A stretch of 64,000 nt of DNA from Camelus ferus. Its lineage: Eukaryota. The notes under the pieces were generated by a model that saw only the letters and a program-made list of their open reading frames with translations, was not told the origin of the DNA and ran no database searches. This document shows, one piece after another, positions 26,456 to 39,829 of this stretch. The stretch lies in the NCBI RefSeq assembly GCF_009834535.1, contig NC_045696.1, forward strand, positions 115,508,001 through 115,572,000, written 5' to 3'. The translations under genes were made by a program, and so were the position numbers. Numbering within the stretch: position 1 is the stretch's first letter; each line of letters begins with the position of its first letter.

Positions 26456-28943
26456 GTTAATTGAGAATTAATTGACATATATCACCATGAGTTTAAGGTG
26501 TGCAGCATGATGCATTTGATTTAATATATTGTGAAATGATGACCACAGTTGGTCTACCCCTCATCTCATATAGACAATAAAGAAAATAAAAAAAATTCTC
26601 CTTGAGATGACAACACTTAGGGTCTACTCTCTTAACAACTTTCCAGTGCATCACACAGCAGTGATGACCGTTGTCTTCATGTTGTACGTCACATCCCTAG
26701 TACTTTTTCATCTTCTAACTGGACGTTTGTAACTTTTGACTAACTGTCTCCAGTTCTTCTCTCCTCTCCCCCGTATTGGGGAACCATAAATCTGATCCCT
26801 TTTTCTATAAGTCTAGTGTGCTTTGTTTTTGTTTTTTGTTTTTTGATTTCACATAGGTGAGATCATACAGTATTTGTCTTTCTCTGTCTGACTTTTTTGA
26901 CTTAGCATAATGCCTTCAAGGTCCAAAGGTCCATCCATGTTGTCACAAATGGTAAGATTCCCTCATTTTTTATGGCTGAACAACATTCCATTATATACAC
27001 ATATTTACCACAACTTCTTTATCCATGCATCCATCCGTAGTTCCTTCAGTGATTTCCATGTCTTAGTCGACTGTTTAATGATGCTTCTATGAACACAGAG
27101 GAGCAGATAGCCTTTTAAATTAATGCTTTTATTTCCTTTGAATATATTCCCAGAAGTGGAACTGCTGAGTCACATGGTAGTTCTATGTATAATTTTTTGA
27201 GGAACCTCCATGCCGTTTTCCATAGGGGCTGCACCTCATGGCAATCCCACCTGCTCTGCAAATGGGGAAAGCCAGGGGGCTGTGCTCTCGCTCCAAGTGT
27301 CGCTGTCACAGGGTGTTGGATGTGCTGTGCAGCTTCCCACAAGCTGTGGGGAGTATCTTCCTGCCTCCCCTGGCCAGACAGGCTGGCGAGAGCACGTGCC
27401 ACAAGGTTTGGTTAGTTCCTGACTTGAGCAGCTGAAGGCTGCATTCAGTAATGAACAGGGATGTGAATGTTTCCCTTTCCAGACGTAGCAGAAGCAGCAG
27501 CTTTTAAGCCAATAAAGCCCTCTATTGTCTGAACTCAAGCTGACCTGCACCTCAGTTTCCCTGGCCGAAGACTGTCAGCTGTGTCTGCCCGTGTCTTGGT
27601 TTGAACATCGCCATCTTATACAGCTTCCTGGCCAGACGGGGCCGGCTGGGAGACACTCTTCCATGCAGGTGGCGCTATTTCTCAGTTCCCTTGGCCGCAT
27701 GGAGGAGGAAAGTCCACTCTGGCCTCACCTAATAGTTCCCAAATACGTGTTTCAGCAGGAATGGGTCAGGCGCTAGCTACCCCCGTCCTCAGGTAGGAAT
27801 TTCTTCCCCCTGCCTGAGTGTCACAGTGGAAACTCCCTGCCTGGTACTGAGCTTGCTCTGGGCCCAGTCAACTCTGCTCACCTGACTGCAGCCTTAAGCT
27901 TTGCTGACGCCACAGCTCCTGGGTGTCCTCACCAGCCCTCTGGCCCGGGGGGGCCAGGGAGTCACAGTGTGTGGGGCTGTGTAGCAGCTCCCTTGCCTGG
28001 GAGGGGTGAGAGGGGTCACTCCAAGCAATTCCTGATTGTTTTCAAGCAGGCTTCCTGATTGAGAGGGGCCAAGAGCTACCCTCAGTCTTGCCTATGAATT
28101 AAGCCCCTGGCCCGGTCCTGGCAGGGGAACCCTTCAGGCCCCGTACTGGCTTTGTTCTGGGCGGGCTTAGCTCCACCCACCTGCCTGCATCTCCAGTGTT
28201 GCTGTTTACAGCATGGCAGGTGCTCTCTCCAGCCGGTCTGGCCAGGAGGGGCCAGAAGATACTCTCCACGGAGGGTGCACCTGTGACTCAGCCCCCTGCC
28301 TGGGTGTGGACAAACCAGGCTCTCGGGCCAGGGAAACTCCTTGTTTGATGATCTGAATCAGGCAGATCTGCAGCCCAAACAGTTCGCTGGTCAGAGAGCA
28401 CCACCAGCTTGGTTCTGCCACTGAGCGAAGCCCCTGCTGGGGAGTAGTCCTTGGGTGTTGCGATCTATCCAGGTATAAATTCAGTCTGCTGAGATCTACA
28501 TGCTGGTGGTTGTGAGCCCCTCGCCGTTCTGTGTCACAGTCAGATTCCCAGTGGTTGCGCCTCGCAGATTGTCCAGGGTTTATCGTTGGGTGAAGCTAAG
28601 AGGAGGGGCTCCCACAGAACAACTCACAATCCTGGGGTGGGTTGCTTGTCCCTTCTGGGTTGTCTGTTCGCACCAGAGGAACTGGAGGCTCAGGGACCCC
28701 TCTGCATGGAGCTGCCCTGGCCTGGGGAGCGGGGACACTATGGAGCCAGTATGCAGCTGCTTCTGTTTACCTGCTAATTCAGCGTGTTGGTTCTGTAGCG
28801 CAGGGATGCGTCAGCCTCACCAGCATTTCCTGGGATTTTCTCAGTGCTGTCTTGTTCATGCCTGGCTGTTGGCAGTTGTTCTTGTGAGGGGAGGATAAGA
28901 TGGGAACAACTTATGCTGACATCTTGGTGACATCATTCTTACA
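26456..28943 (-). mobile_element. Internally deleted L1: ~1.7 kb 5'UTR fused directly to ORF2 end and 3'UTR
   Basis: 5' terminus (revcomp aagaatgatgtcaccaagatgtcagcataagttgttcc) is homologous to 51462 onward; 3' part is homologous to 55420-56150; TSD taacatttt at 26447-26455 and 28944-28952. Confidence 0.85.
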
Positions 28944-28984
28944 TAACATTTTTATTTAGCAGCTAGACCTCCAGTTTATTTAGT

Positions 28985-29145
28985 TCCATCTATGGAGGAG
29001 ATGCACAGGGCAAGGGATGTGGGAAAGACACAGAGCCTCTGTGCCCTCTCCAAGAAGGCCAGCCTCCCCTGATTTCCACATGTTCACCAATCCGGAAGCT
29101 CCCGCTGGAATAATTTTGGTGAAGACAGTTTATGGGGAATTCTGG
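28985..29145. mobile_element. MER21-like LTR fragment
   Basis: ggaggagatgcacagggcaaggg...ccacatgttcaccaatccggaagctc. Confidence 0.55.
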
Positions 29146-31239
29146 AGTTTTTCTTCACAGGGGAAGAAGCTCACCTACTCTTTGAGTGAGGTCTAATCCG
29201 TGTCTGTGAATGATGTTCAGCCTTCTACAGGGGAGGCACCTGCCCTCCACAATCTGTAGAGCTGAGATCTAGAGACAGGGTCTGTCTCTAGGGTCTCCAC
29301 ACACGTGAAAGGGAGCACCAGCAGGCAAGGGGACGCTGCCTTAGAGGGCCACCTGCCATTTACTGAGAGATGACTTTCCTCAAAGCTGGAGCTGCTCTGC
29401 TTGAAAAGCAAGATTGCATTCCTCCCAGCGTTAAGATTGGATCCTGAGTCATTTCTCCATTAACCCTCCTCACAGCTCACCACGTCCAACCTTCCAATCC
29501 AAGGAGTTGGCAACGTAGAGCACTGTGATTATAATGAGTGATGGAAAACTGGTGCACAGTCAGGTGTCAAGGGGGACGGACACTCACATGTTGAGGAATC
29601 CACGCCTATTTGGCAGAAGCTAGAGTCTTCCAGGTCTGCATTGCTTCAAGAATAGGTGGCAGATGCCTCTCAATTTCTGGCAGAAAGCATCGGCGCCTGG
29701 GGTTTCTCAAATCTCCTGCAGAGGTGAGTATTTCTCCATGTTCCCCTTGCTAGGTATAAGGTGCAGGTAAAAGAGGTAAGAAAGTCATAGGAGAATATGG
29801 CCGACAAGATATATTTGGTCGTTTCTGACAATAAACAATGAAATCTTGAACAAGTATGGAATGCACCCAACATGACATGTCGCTGTAGTTCCTAAAGACG
29901 ATTAATCTAATATCAGTGTCTACATAGTTGGAAGCCAAGAGAGAAGACTGGAGACAGGAAAATGAGTTTCTGAAACTGTAAAGTGAAAAGACACTGAGCA
30001 GTCATTGAGACCGAAAGAGGTAACATCCAATGTCAACTAGGCTCAGAATATCTGTCATCAGGAGACTTTTTCTGCAGTTGACCTCCAAATAATATAAATT
30101 TTGGAGAAGACATCTAACTTTTTTAATATGCCTTATATTCATCCTTTTAAAACCTTTCCACTGTGGTCACTCTAATTCAGAACTGAACTGTGTTTTACAG
30201 GAGATGCCCGATTTTTCTAGTCGGCCTAGACCAGTGATTCTTTGTGGACCTTGGTTGTATTTCTGTGTGAAGAAATGAGTTTAATCCTAGATTTCATGGA
30301 TCATTGGTCTACTCTTGAGTGGGGATTATTAAGAACCCCTGTTTAACCAAATATACATGTGTGCATAAAATTATATTGAGGTTTCCATTTAATATAGTGC
30401 CCATAATAAGAAGCTCTATATATTTCATTTCCTTTTAAGCTCATTGATTTCACAAAAGGACAGTTTTGATCCTGGCATCCACTCCTGTTAGATACGTTGA
30501 AAGCTTCCCAGAATATGATCTGCTAGTTCCCCAGTTAGGAGAGGGGAAAAAACCCTTCACATCCTTGTGTCCAACAAGACCAAGCAGCTTCAAAATCAGT
30601 TCTCTAGTTCCCATCATAGAAACAATTCCTTTAATTAGGGTTTGCCGTGTCATAGCTCCTGCTTGTTAGCCCATAATTTCCAGCCTAAGTTTCAGAGAAG
30701 AGACTAATCCACCAGGTCTTTTAATGAGTTTCCAGAATTATCTGAGGCAGAGATAATTCTCTGAGGTTAAGTAACTGAAATAGTGATTGACCTTCGCTTT
30801 CTCAAACTCAGGTATAATTAATTCCTCAGCTGCTTACAGCTAAGTTGCACTCTAAAGATTCATGTATTTCTGACCTTGGCCCAGACTTTATCTCTTTTGC
30901 ATTAATTGCCTACAAATGTTGCCCACACAGGGACCGCCATCACCCCAAGTGAGGTGGGTTAGTTATGCTTACAACACAAACTTTCCAAAAAATAGATTGA
31001 AATAAATTCAGGTTTGCAGGCATGAGGGAAATTACCTTTGCTATCTATGCAGTTGATCATCCAGTATATTTTTCATTAACTTTTTGAATGCATGATTTAA
31101 TTGTTTGAAACACTCTACCGGTTTTCCATTTATACTTTATCTGCAGTTAGACTTTTCAACTTATTTTTTGCTTCTTTTTAAGTAGCTTGATTATGGTCCT
31201 GTGTACTAAAAGGTAGACATATATCATAGAAATGTTTTT

Positions 31240-32245
31240 CACTGAAAATGAGATAATTATTTGTACATAATTTTCACAAATATGGCACTCAATTAAAACA
31301 GCTGGACATTAATGAACTGTTAAAGAAATACATGTTGAAGTAAAATTATTTATGTTTGTGTCTGAATTATGATTTTAAAAAGAAAGATAACATGAGTATA
31401 ATCACTGTACAGAAAATGTATAACACAGTGACAGAAACAAAAATATCCAAGCTCATCTGAATGTCTCCCCACCAAAAAGATACCAGTTTAAAATGATTTT
31501 CCCCAATATTTTGTCACATGGAAATGCTTAATATAAATGGCAATAAGATCACATGTTAAAGTTTCCCTCTTTTTTACTTCTAGTCTAAATGTTTGATATT
31601 CCTGAATTACATATCTATGTTGTCATGATATTAATCTCTATATTATGTCCCAATAGATGATGGCACCATAATTAATTAATTATTCCCCCATAATTAAACA
31701 TTTATATTGTTTTCAATTTTACTGTTACAACACTGTAATCAAGTTTTTGTGTATTGATATTTTTCTATATTATGAATTATCGTCTTAGAAGGGAGTCCAG
31801 AAGTTTTACTACAGGACTAGAAGATAGAAACATTTTTATAATACTTGCTATTGTCAGATTGCTTAAGAAAAAAGAGCTGTATGCTGTATGTATCATAAGA
31901 AAAAGGTCATTCCAATTTTTAATGCATAATTCCTATTACCACCTACAAGCTAATGTTAACGATATTATCATTGTTACCTGAATCTTTATTTAATTAACAG
32001 ATAAAAATGTTTAGTTGTTTGATCTGTTCCTTTATCATCCAATTTTCCATTTTTTCTACAATGTTACTAGTACTTAAACACTTATCTGTTCGTGTTCTTT
32101 CATTGGTTGAGATAAATAGCATAATAATAAATATTTTACCATAATAAAATAGCATCTTCTGTTTTCATATTTACAGTAATTATGTTTCAATGAGATTTTG
32201 GCTTTTTATTTATTTGTGGGGGAGATTAAAGAAATTACAGATGGT
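31240..32245 (-). mobile_element. Ancient L1ME-like fragment
   Basis: AT-rich; caccataattaattaattattccccc...aaacatttatattgttttcaatttt. Confidence 0.5.
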
Positions 32246-32247
32246 TT

Positions 32248-32733
32248 TGTGAATGAAAAATACTGCAAACCATATCAGTAAACAAAGAATGCTGAAGCCA
32301 TCAAGTCAGCAGCGGCTGCCGCCACCCCCAAGTGAGGACAGGCCTGAAATCAGGCCTCTGCAGCCACTCACAGTGGTGCACCCTGAGGGGACTCAGAATA
32401 AGAAAGGACAGGATACTGGCCCTAGATAGCTAGGTGCTTGTCAGAGGAATGAATTCAATGAGCCCAAATGTTTGCTTCCTCCCATACATAGAAAAGCACT
32501 AAATTCTTTAACTTGAGATGCCTGTTCTTCTTCAGTTAACAAATAATCTTTTAATATTCCAACTACCTGGTCTTTGTCGTAAAGCTCCTGTATATCCTAG
32601 CTCCTCCCCTACCTCTTTGGAGCAGTCCCTCAGAGTGATCTGACAGGCTGTCATCTCAGCTCGAGTCCTCAGAAATGTCCCCCAATAAAACATAACTCTC
32701 AACTTTTAGGCTGTGCATTTATTTCAGTCAACA
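32248..32733 (+). mobile_element. ERV1-type solo LTR
   Basis: TG...CA termini (tgtgaatgaaaaatactg / tttcagtcaaca); TATA-like ctgtatatcc; AATAAA near 32684; flanks gttt/cttt form an imperfect 4-bp TSD. Confidence 0.8.
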
Positions 32734-32768
32734 CTTTCAACTTTTAAGAATTTGAAGGTATCTATGAA

Positions 32769-32895
32769 TTTTTTTAATTTGTATTTTTTTTTATTAAAGT
32801 ACAGTCAGTTACGATGTGTCAGTTTCTGGTGTTCAGTACAAATGTAATGACCTTTAATAAAAAAGAATATGAAAACAAATAGATGTACAGATATG
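32769..32895 (-). mobile_element. Micro L1 3' end with 5' inversion
   Basis: Antisense terminal ~55 nt followed by the adjacent upstream L1 segment in sense orientation. Confidence 0.65.
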
Positions 32896-33139
32896 GTTCT
32901 TATGAACAGTCAACCTCTTTTTCCTTTATATACTTGCTCCTTAGTCATATCTTTTTCAGTGATGAGGTTCCTTCTATGGACTGATTTTTTTTTTTTTTTT
33001 TTTTTTAGTATTTGAAATTCTGAACTTTCTGAGTCTTGTGAGGGCTGCATCTTTTGGGATGCCAATTGCATCCATGGTTAAGCCATAAAAAAGTCTTATT
33101 GGCTTCAGTCACTACTAAGGTTCCTATAAGATCCTACCC

Positions 33140-34040
33140 ATCTATGGCCAGATGATGGATCTTTTGAATTGGAAATAATTCTATATTTGAAAAAAAAAAT
33201 TAGAGAACGCTCATCCTGAACAACTATCTTATTGGTACCTATGGAAAGATTAAATTGAAAAGACGCAAAGGACTGTGGCAGCTAGCCTTAGGGACTTAAC
33301 AAGATGAAACCAGAAAGGCTTTCTTTGCCTCCAGGATATTCGCTAAATGTAGAGAAGAATTAGAACACCAGTGTCTGTTCACAATTCACAGGGGCCCCCA
33401 CTTATAGGGCCCTGGGCTGGCTGCGAAGGCGTGGTGTTCCCACCCATAACTGTACTATAGTTATCAGACAAAGTCCCCCAGGGGACCTCCCTCAAAGAGG
33501 AAACAGATGACTCTAGTCTTTCCCAGGCTCTCCTACAAATGGTCAGAAAATGAGTCACCTGACGGCCAATGTTCAGGCTGATCGAAGGACTAGTGGAGGC
33601 TCTTCCCCCTAAGATGAGTTGGTCCCAGGTTGAATTGCACATTCAGAAAGAGGAGGCCATTCAAAGGTCTCTGTTAAATGCTTCATACAGACGTTATAAA
33701 GTCACGCCTCATTAAACCCTGACGCTCTACAACATAGGAATCTTCTGATATCCATTTTAGTTGAAAGTCTTCTCCTTGATATAAAGAAACAAGTTGAAGA
33801 CCATTATCTTCATTTAGTTGGAAGGGCAAGTCGGTCCCTTGATATCACTCAGGCTGCCATCCAATTATCTGAGGAATTAAAAGCAACTGTGCTTTCTTAC
33901 AAATCTTTACAAAATCAGAAATGTGGCTGCAGAAGTGATTCAAACCCACCTATAATTTTACCGACCCAAACCCGTTCCTGTCCCTCTCAATGCTGGTAGA
34001 TATTGCCAATTATCAGGACATTGGAAACAGGATTATTTTG
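33140..34040 (+). pseudogene. gag: Degenerate retroviral gag
   Basis: Manual translation: MA-like LWPDDGSFELEIILYLKK (~33142); CA-like LNPDALQHRNLLISILVESLLLDIKKQVE (~33712); decayed zinc knuckle GRYCQLSGHWKQDY (~33995); frameshifts and stops present. Confidence 0.75.
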
Positions 34041-35269
34041 TACAGAAGAAAGGGAAGGAAACATTTAAATAGTAATTACTCTAGACTTTTGATGATTGTC
34101 AAATATACCCCAAATATTGCTAGGAGAAAATGTGGATACTTTTCTTGTGACTGTGTGATGTAGATTTTCTACCCCATCTTCACTTGGACCTCAGAGCCAC
34201 TTTTTTAAAAAATGTAAACTTAAGGGAAATGATTCTCATGAGGGAAGAATAAAAGAGGTTTTTGGAAATTGGGCTAATAAAAAAAACCCCTGTGTTTTCT
34301 CAACAATCATTAAGAAAAAACTTTGGCCATCTGCGTGGGTAAAATGCCAGAAAAACTATTTGGCTGTATTGTTTATAAACTTGATATTTTTGTATTATTG
34401 TACCCGATTCATGGCTAGAACATTGGGATGATAGCTATAAGGTCTTTATTTGCATCCATCTGCATGATTGTGTGTGTCTATATTTGTATGTTATGTACAT
34501 ATGACCTTTTTTTTTATTTCTGGATGGTGTTGCCAAAATTAATTTGTAACATAGCACTATTTAATTGGCTGAAGAATAAGTGCTTATCAAATTATTTCCA
34601 AGCTCAGAAATAGAGAAAATTACCCAAATATTTGTCAAGTTAATGTGATCTGAGATGATCTTTGATAAATAAAGCTTAAATTTGTTAGTTTAATTACAGC
34701 AGGCATATCTTCAGCATTATCCACATTAAATATAACACTGACACATAACTTCTGTTCGGTCTGGTTTTACAGTCAGATAAATTCATGTTATCTCTGTTAT
34801 AAAATTTGTCAGCGAGAAAAATAGCTTAGGATGCTGCTGACTTTGTCTCATATCTGATAAAGTTTTTATGAGTAGTTTAAATATACTTGTTGGAAGCAGG
34901 TGATTTAGATAGATGTATGCAGAATAAGATTTTGTATGTGAACTTTGCAGCAAGGATTATGTTTTATGGTACATCTACTTAAAAACAGGTTTCCAAATAG
35001 CTGTGAGAACTTGAAACTTCAGAGTTTTGCTAAGTGACAGAAATTCATTGGTTATCCAGATCATTTCCAAGTAAGATAAAATAATAAAACATTCATTACT
35101 GAATATAGGTTTATCTACTTTTGGCTTTTTATTACAGAGTAACTAAGAACATTTGGGTTTGTTACTAAACATATCCTGTGCCACACTGAAAGATTGTACT
35201 GGGAAGAAGCATGTGTTTCTAGAAATCGTGAAATGTATTTATAAGTATGTTAATAAAAAAAATGCTGGT

Positions 35270-35545
35270 GTAAACAAACTTGTGGTTACCAGGAAGGAAA
35301 GGGTGTGGGAGGGATAAATTGGGATTTGGGGATTTGTAGATAATAACTACTATATATGAAATAGATAAACAAGTTTATACTGCATAGCACAGGGAACAAC
35401 ATTTAATATCTAGCAATGGCCTATAATGGAAAATAATATGAAAAGAGATATAAATGAATCACCATGAAATGAATGCACCAGAAATTAACACAACATTGTA
35501 AATGGACTATACTTCAATTTAAAAAAAACGCAATTAAAAAAAAGT
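35270..35545 (+). mobile_element. Young lineage L1 3' end nested in the ERV
   Basis: aaacaaacttgtggttaccagg...ggactatacttcaatttaaaaaaaa. Confidence 0.85.
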
Positions 35546-35596
35546 ATATAATTGTTTCTTAGCTTTCACTAAAAATCAAGGTTTTAAGGGTTAATA

Positions 35597-35803
35597 TTTT
35601 TTATTATTGAAGTATAGTTTACTTAAAATATTATATCAGTTTCAGGTGTACTATGTAGTGATTTGATATTTTTATAGATTACATACAATAAAAATGATTA
35701 TATTATTATTTATTATGTTCCCTGCAGTGTACATTACATCCTTGTGACTTACTTACTTTATAACTTGTAGTTTGTACCTCTTAATCTCCTTCATCTATTT
35801 CGC
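35597..35803 (-). mobile_element. L1 3' end nested in the ERV
   Basis: TSD ttaagggttaata 35584-35596 vs ttaagggctagta 35804-35816; ttattgaagtatagtt terminus. Confidence 0.8.
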
Positions 35804-38119
35804 TTAAGGGCTAGTAATTTTAATTAATATATGTAATTAAAACTGCTAGCAATAATGAGTGAAGCATCCCTGTACGCAAGGAGAGTAAGATATGTTTTCG
35901 GGAAATAAAACATATGAGATCCAGAAACGTATTTTCATTAAGAGAAAAGAAAGTAATTTTGTCCTATAAAAAAACTAGTTATTTCAGAATGAGAAAGAGG
36001 GGAACAAACGACAAACTAAATAGAAATGTAGGTGGAGAGAGAGAGAGAAAGAGTCTTACCTGTGTGACCAAGTTGGCTAAACATGAATGAATTTACTATA
36101 AGCTTTTAGAATAAGCTTTGATATCAATATCATACTTACTGTAAAACTAAAACTGGATCTTTTTATGCCAAAGTAACAAAGTTTTCTTGGACTATTGCTC
36201 TGCTCTTGAAAAGAGCTTGTAAAAGGTTTTTCTTTACCTTTTCATTGATCTATCTAGAAAGCAAAAAATTTTTGTTTTATCAAAATTATTTCCTGTGCCT
36301 TGTGTCGTCTTTACTATCAGAGCTTTGATTACTTAAGGAAACTGAGTCAATACTAAGAGCTGGATTTTGCTCACTACTGTGTAACGTTCTGTATATTCCT
36401 TTGAAAACTTATTGTCATTAAATAGTATTTTATAATGATCTGTGATCCTTTTTAATCACGTGCCCAAAATTGTTGATATTTTTGACAAATTTCCAAAATA
36501 TAATTTTAAATAAAGTCTTATTGAATTGAATCAATTTGGGGATTTTTCCAGAGGACGCCTAGAACATCTCAAAAGAGTTGTTCTCTCTCCTTATTGAAAA
36601 AGAGATATTAACTAATTAGGCTTATTTACTACATTAAATTATACAGAAATCATTATCAGATGAGAAGTAACACTAAGCCTTCATTATGTTGTGTTTTTAT
36701 TGGTATGTATTACATGTTCCAGAAATTGTATGGAATACCTAAAATACAGATATGTCCTGGTATAATGTTATCAGTCATAATTCTGTTTATTATCTTGAAA
36801 TGTGTGTCACAGAAATAAGCAAATTTCTTTGTCAATTACATTGTAATTAACTAATCAGATTTTAACTATGTGCATTTTAAGTGTTTCTTGTCATTTATAG
36901 GCAGTTTTTGTTTTATTCAGATCCTTTGGTAAAAAGTTTTCATCTTCAGAGACATTCATGAAAGGACTCTGACAAGTACTCAAGTAAAGGCTTCTGAAAA
37001 TAAGATCGTTAAATTGAGCTGGGTAAGAAATTCATAGGGCTGTAATGAAAAAACCTGGATTCATAAAACTGCTAACAAAAGACCAAAATCAACAAGAATT
37101 AATTACATCAGATTGAACGAACTGACGAGGATGACTGTAATGCTTATGACGTTAATCTATTGGTTGCTCTTTAATATTTTGTTTTTCCAGATTTAAGGGA
37201 ACTTTCTGTTAAGCTATAACTTACAGCAGTTTGGTAAAGTTTACCTCTGTGAACTAAGATAAAACATTTAGTTCTTCTCCCTACCTGATCCCTCCACAAT
37301 TTAGAAACTCTTAGTGAGCATTCTTATTTTTATGACAATATAGTTATTTGCATTAGTCCAATAAGAATCTGTCTTCTTGTAACAGGACAGAACTGGAACC
37401 ACTGGTTATATTTGCAAGGCTTTGACTGGAACGTTGTATTTGAGAATGATGTGCGTGGACTCAGGTATGCCCAGAGCTCTAAGGAGCTTAGGTTGACTTT
37501 ATGGAGAAATAAAGCCCCTTGGAAAACAGCCTATCTCGCTTACAGGGTTCCCAGAAAACTTACCAGTTGAATAAGGAAGGTCACTTGCTGGCAGGCCCAG
37601 GAACCTTGGGACATTTTGTGGACCTCAAGAAAAGAGGAATTCACCCAAATCCATAGGTATTGTAGGCAAAATCAGATGGTGAGCCTTGGCTTGTCTTCCT
37701 AGCTTTGAGCACTTTTAAAAGTTCGATCTGAGATTCTTTATAAAAAGTTCCAGCAAAGCAGATTTAAAAGAGCCTGTATGGTTGGTCGCTATTTTTGTTG
37801 GACTTATGTAAATAGTCAGGTCAAGTTTATTGAAACCAGACATAATTTGCAAACTAGTTTTACTGTGATTACCTTTGGTAGAAATGGGGAGTTTCTTTTT
37901 GAGAGAAAAATTACGTGTGCACCTTTGTGGATATCAGGTTCTAGTACTATTAACTATCTTGGAAGTTTTGTTTTCTACCTGTGAACTGGGCTGGACCTTG
38001 AATTCTAGTTTCCTTAAATATCTGGCTCTGATCTCCAAAGTAACCTTTCCTATTTTCTCCCACCACTTTGACTTGGAATCACTAAGAACAAAAACTGCCC
38101 TTTCTCCTGAAGATACTCA

Positions 38120-39107
38120 TGTGTAAAGAATGAATCTTGACCTCTATTGTATAGCACTCGCAAAAATTAACTCAAAGTGGGTTAAAGACTTAAATGTAGG
38201 AAACTCCTAGATTAAAAACTTAGGGAAAAAAACTCCTTGACATGGGTCTTGGTAATGATTTTATGGAAATCACACCTAAAGCACAAGCAAGAAGTTCAAA
38301 AATAAAATAGTGGGATGGCGTCAAATTAAAAAGCTTCTGTACATCAAAAGAAACCATCAACAAAGTGAAAAGAAAGCCTATGGACTGGAAAAAAAATATT
38401 TGCAAACCCTCTATCAGATAAAGGGTTTGTATCCGAAATACATAAATAAATATATAAATATTTAAATAAATGTATAAAATTTATATATAAATAAAGACAT
38501 GTAAATATATAAATAAAAAGCTCATACAACTCAATAGCAAAAAAAAAAAAAAAAAAAAACCCAAATAATCCAATTACAAAATGGACAGAGGACCTGAATA
38601 TATATTTTTCCAAAGAAGATACACAAAAGATAAAAAGGTAGATGAAAAGATGCTCGATGTCACTGTTATTAGGGAATGCAGATTTAACCCACAGTAAGGG
38701 AGCCCCTCAGACATGTTGGACAGACCATCATCAAAATGGCAAGAGAGGACAAATACTGGCACAGAAGTAGAGAAAGGGGAGCACTCGTATGCTGTTGGTG
38801 GGAAGGTAAGTTGGTGCAGCCGCTGTGGAAAATAGTATGGGGTTCCTTAAAAAATTAAAAATAGAATGACCATATGATTTCACAATTTCTCTTCTAAGAA
38901 TATGTCCAAATGGAACAAAAATACTGTCTTAAAAAGATATGCACCCTCATGTTTGTAATAGCTTTATTTACACTAAGCAAGACAGAGAAACAACCTAAGT
39001 GTCCGCTGATGAATGCATGGATAAAGAAGTTGTGATATATATATATACACGCACACATCATATATGCTTACACATACATACAAATATACACACATACATA
39101 TATACTT

Positions 39108-39152
<45 letters not shown>

Positions 39153-39650
39153 TATCCACATATATACAATGGGATATTATTCAGCCATAAAAAATAAAGA
39201 AATTCTACCATTTGTGACAACATGGATGGACCTTGAAGGCAACATGCCAAGTGAAACTGGTCACAGGGAAAGACAAATACTGTGTGATCTCTCCTATACA
39301 TGGAATCTAAAATAACAAACAAAAGCGCCACATCAAACTCATAGAAAAAGAGATCAGATTTGAGGCAGGGTTTGGGGCAAGAGGGACTTGAAGGAAATTG
39401 GTTAAAAGGTACAAACTTCCCATTATAAGATAAGTACTGGGGATATATAATAGACGATGTTGAATATAGTTACCACTGCTGTGTGACATATAGGAAAACC
39501 ATTAATATAGTATCTATATGAGATGATGAATGTTACCTAAAACCTATTGTGGTCATCATTTCACAACATATGTAAATTGAACCATTATATATTACACCTT
39601 AAACTATACAATAATAGACGGCAATTATTTCTCAATAAAACTGCAAAAAT
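38120..39650 (+). mobile_element. L1 (L1MA9-like) ORF2 C-terminus plus 3'UTR, with internal (CA/TA)n at 39035-39166
   Basis: YYSAIKNKEILPFVTTWMDLE motif; 3'UTR similar to 55750-56150. Confidence 0.9.
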
Positions 39651-39829
39651 ATGTTAAGAATAGTAATCAAGGGACATTTTCATCTGTGTATACAACGCTC
39701 AGCCAATTGCAGTGTTTCTGGTGGAAGATGGTTTCACGAGAGTACGAGGTATCACCAAAGCAATGACCAGTGGTTCTTTCAAGAGAGGCATGGTTGGATT
39801 ATTGGCACTCTTAAGAAAATAACAGAGGA

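Larger units (their letters stand above)
33007..38115 (+). mobile_element. ERV1 (MER4-group-like) internal region: degenerate gag followed by long AT-rich non-coding sequence
   Basis: gag relics at 33140-34040; no pol motifs seen; two nested L1 3' ends. Confidence 0.75.

Noticed and set aside
29560..29730. Strong donor GAG|GTGAGT near 29722
   Set aside because: Isolated site with no convincing acceptor or open frame.
32984..33006. Poly-T as the tail of a retrotransposed antisense ERV transcript
   Set aside because: No nearby polyadenylation signal or TSD; more likely a simple T-run.
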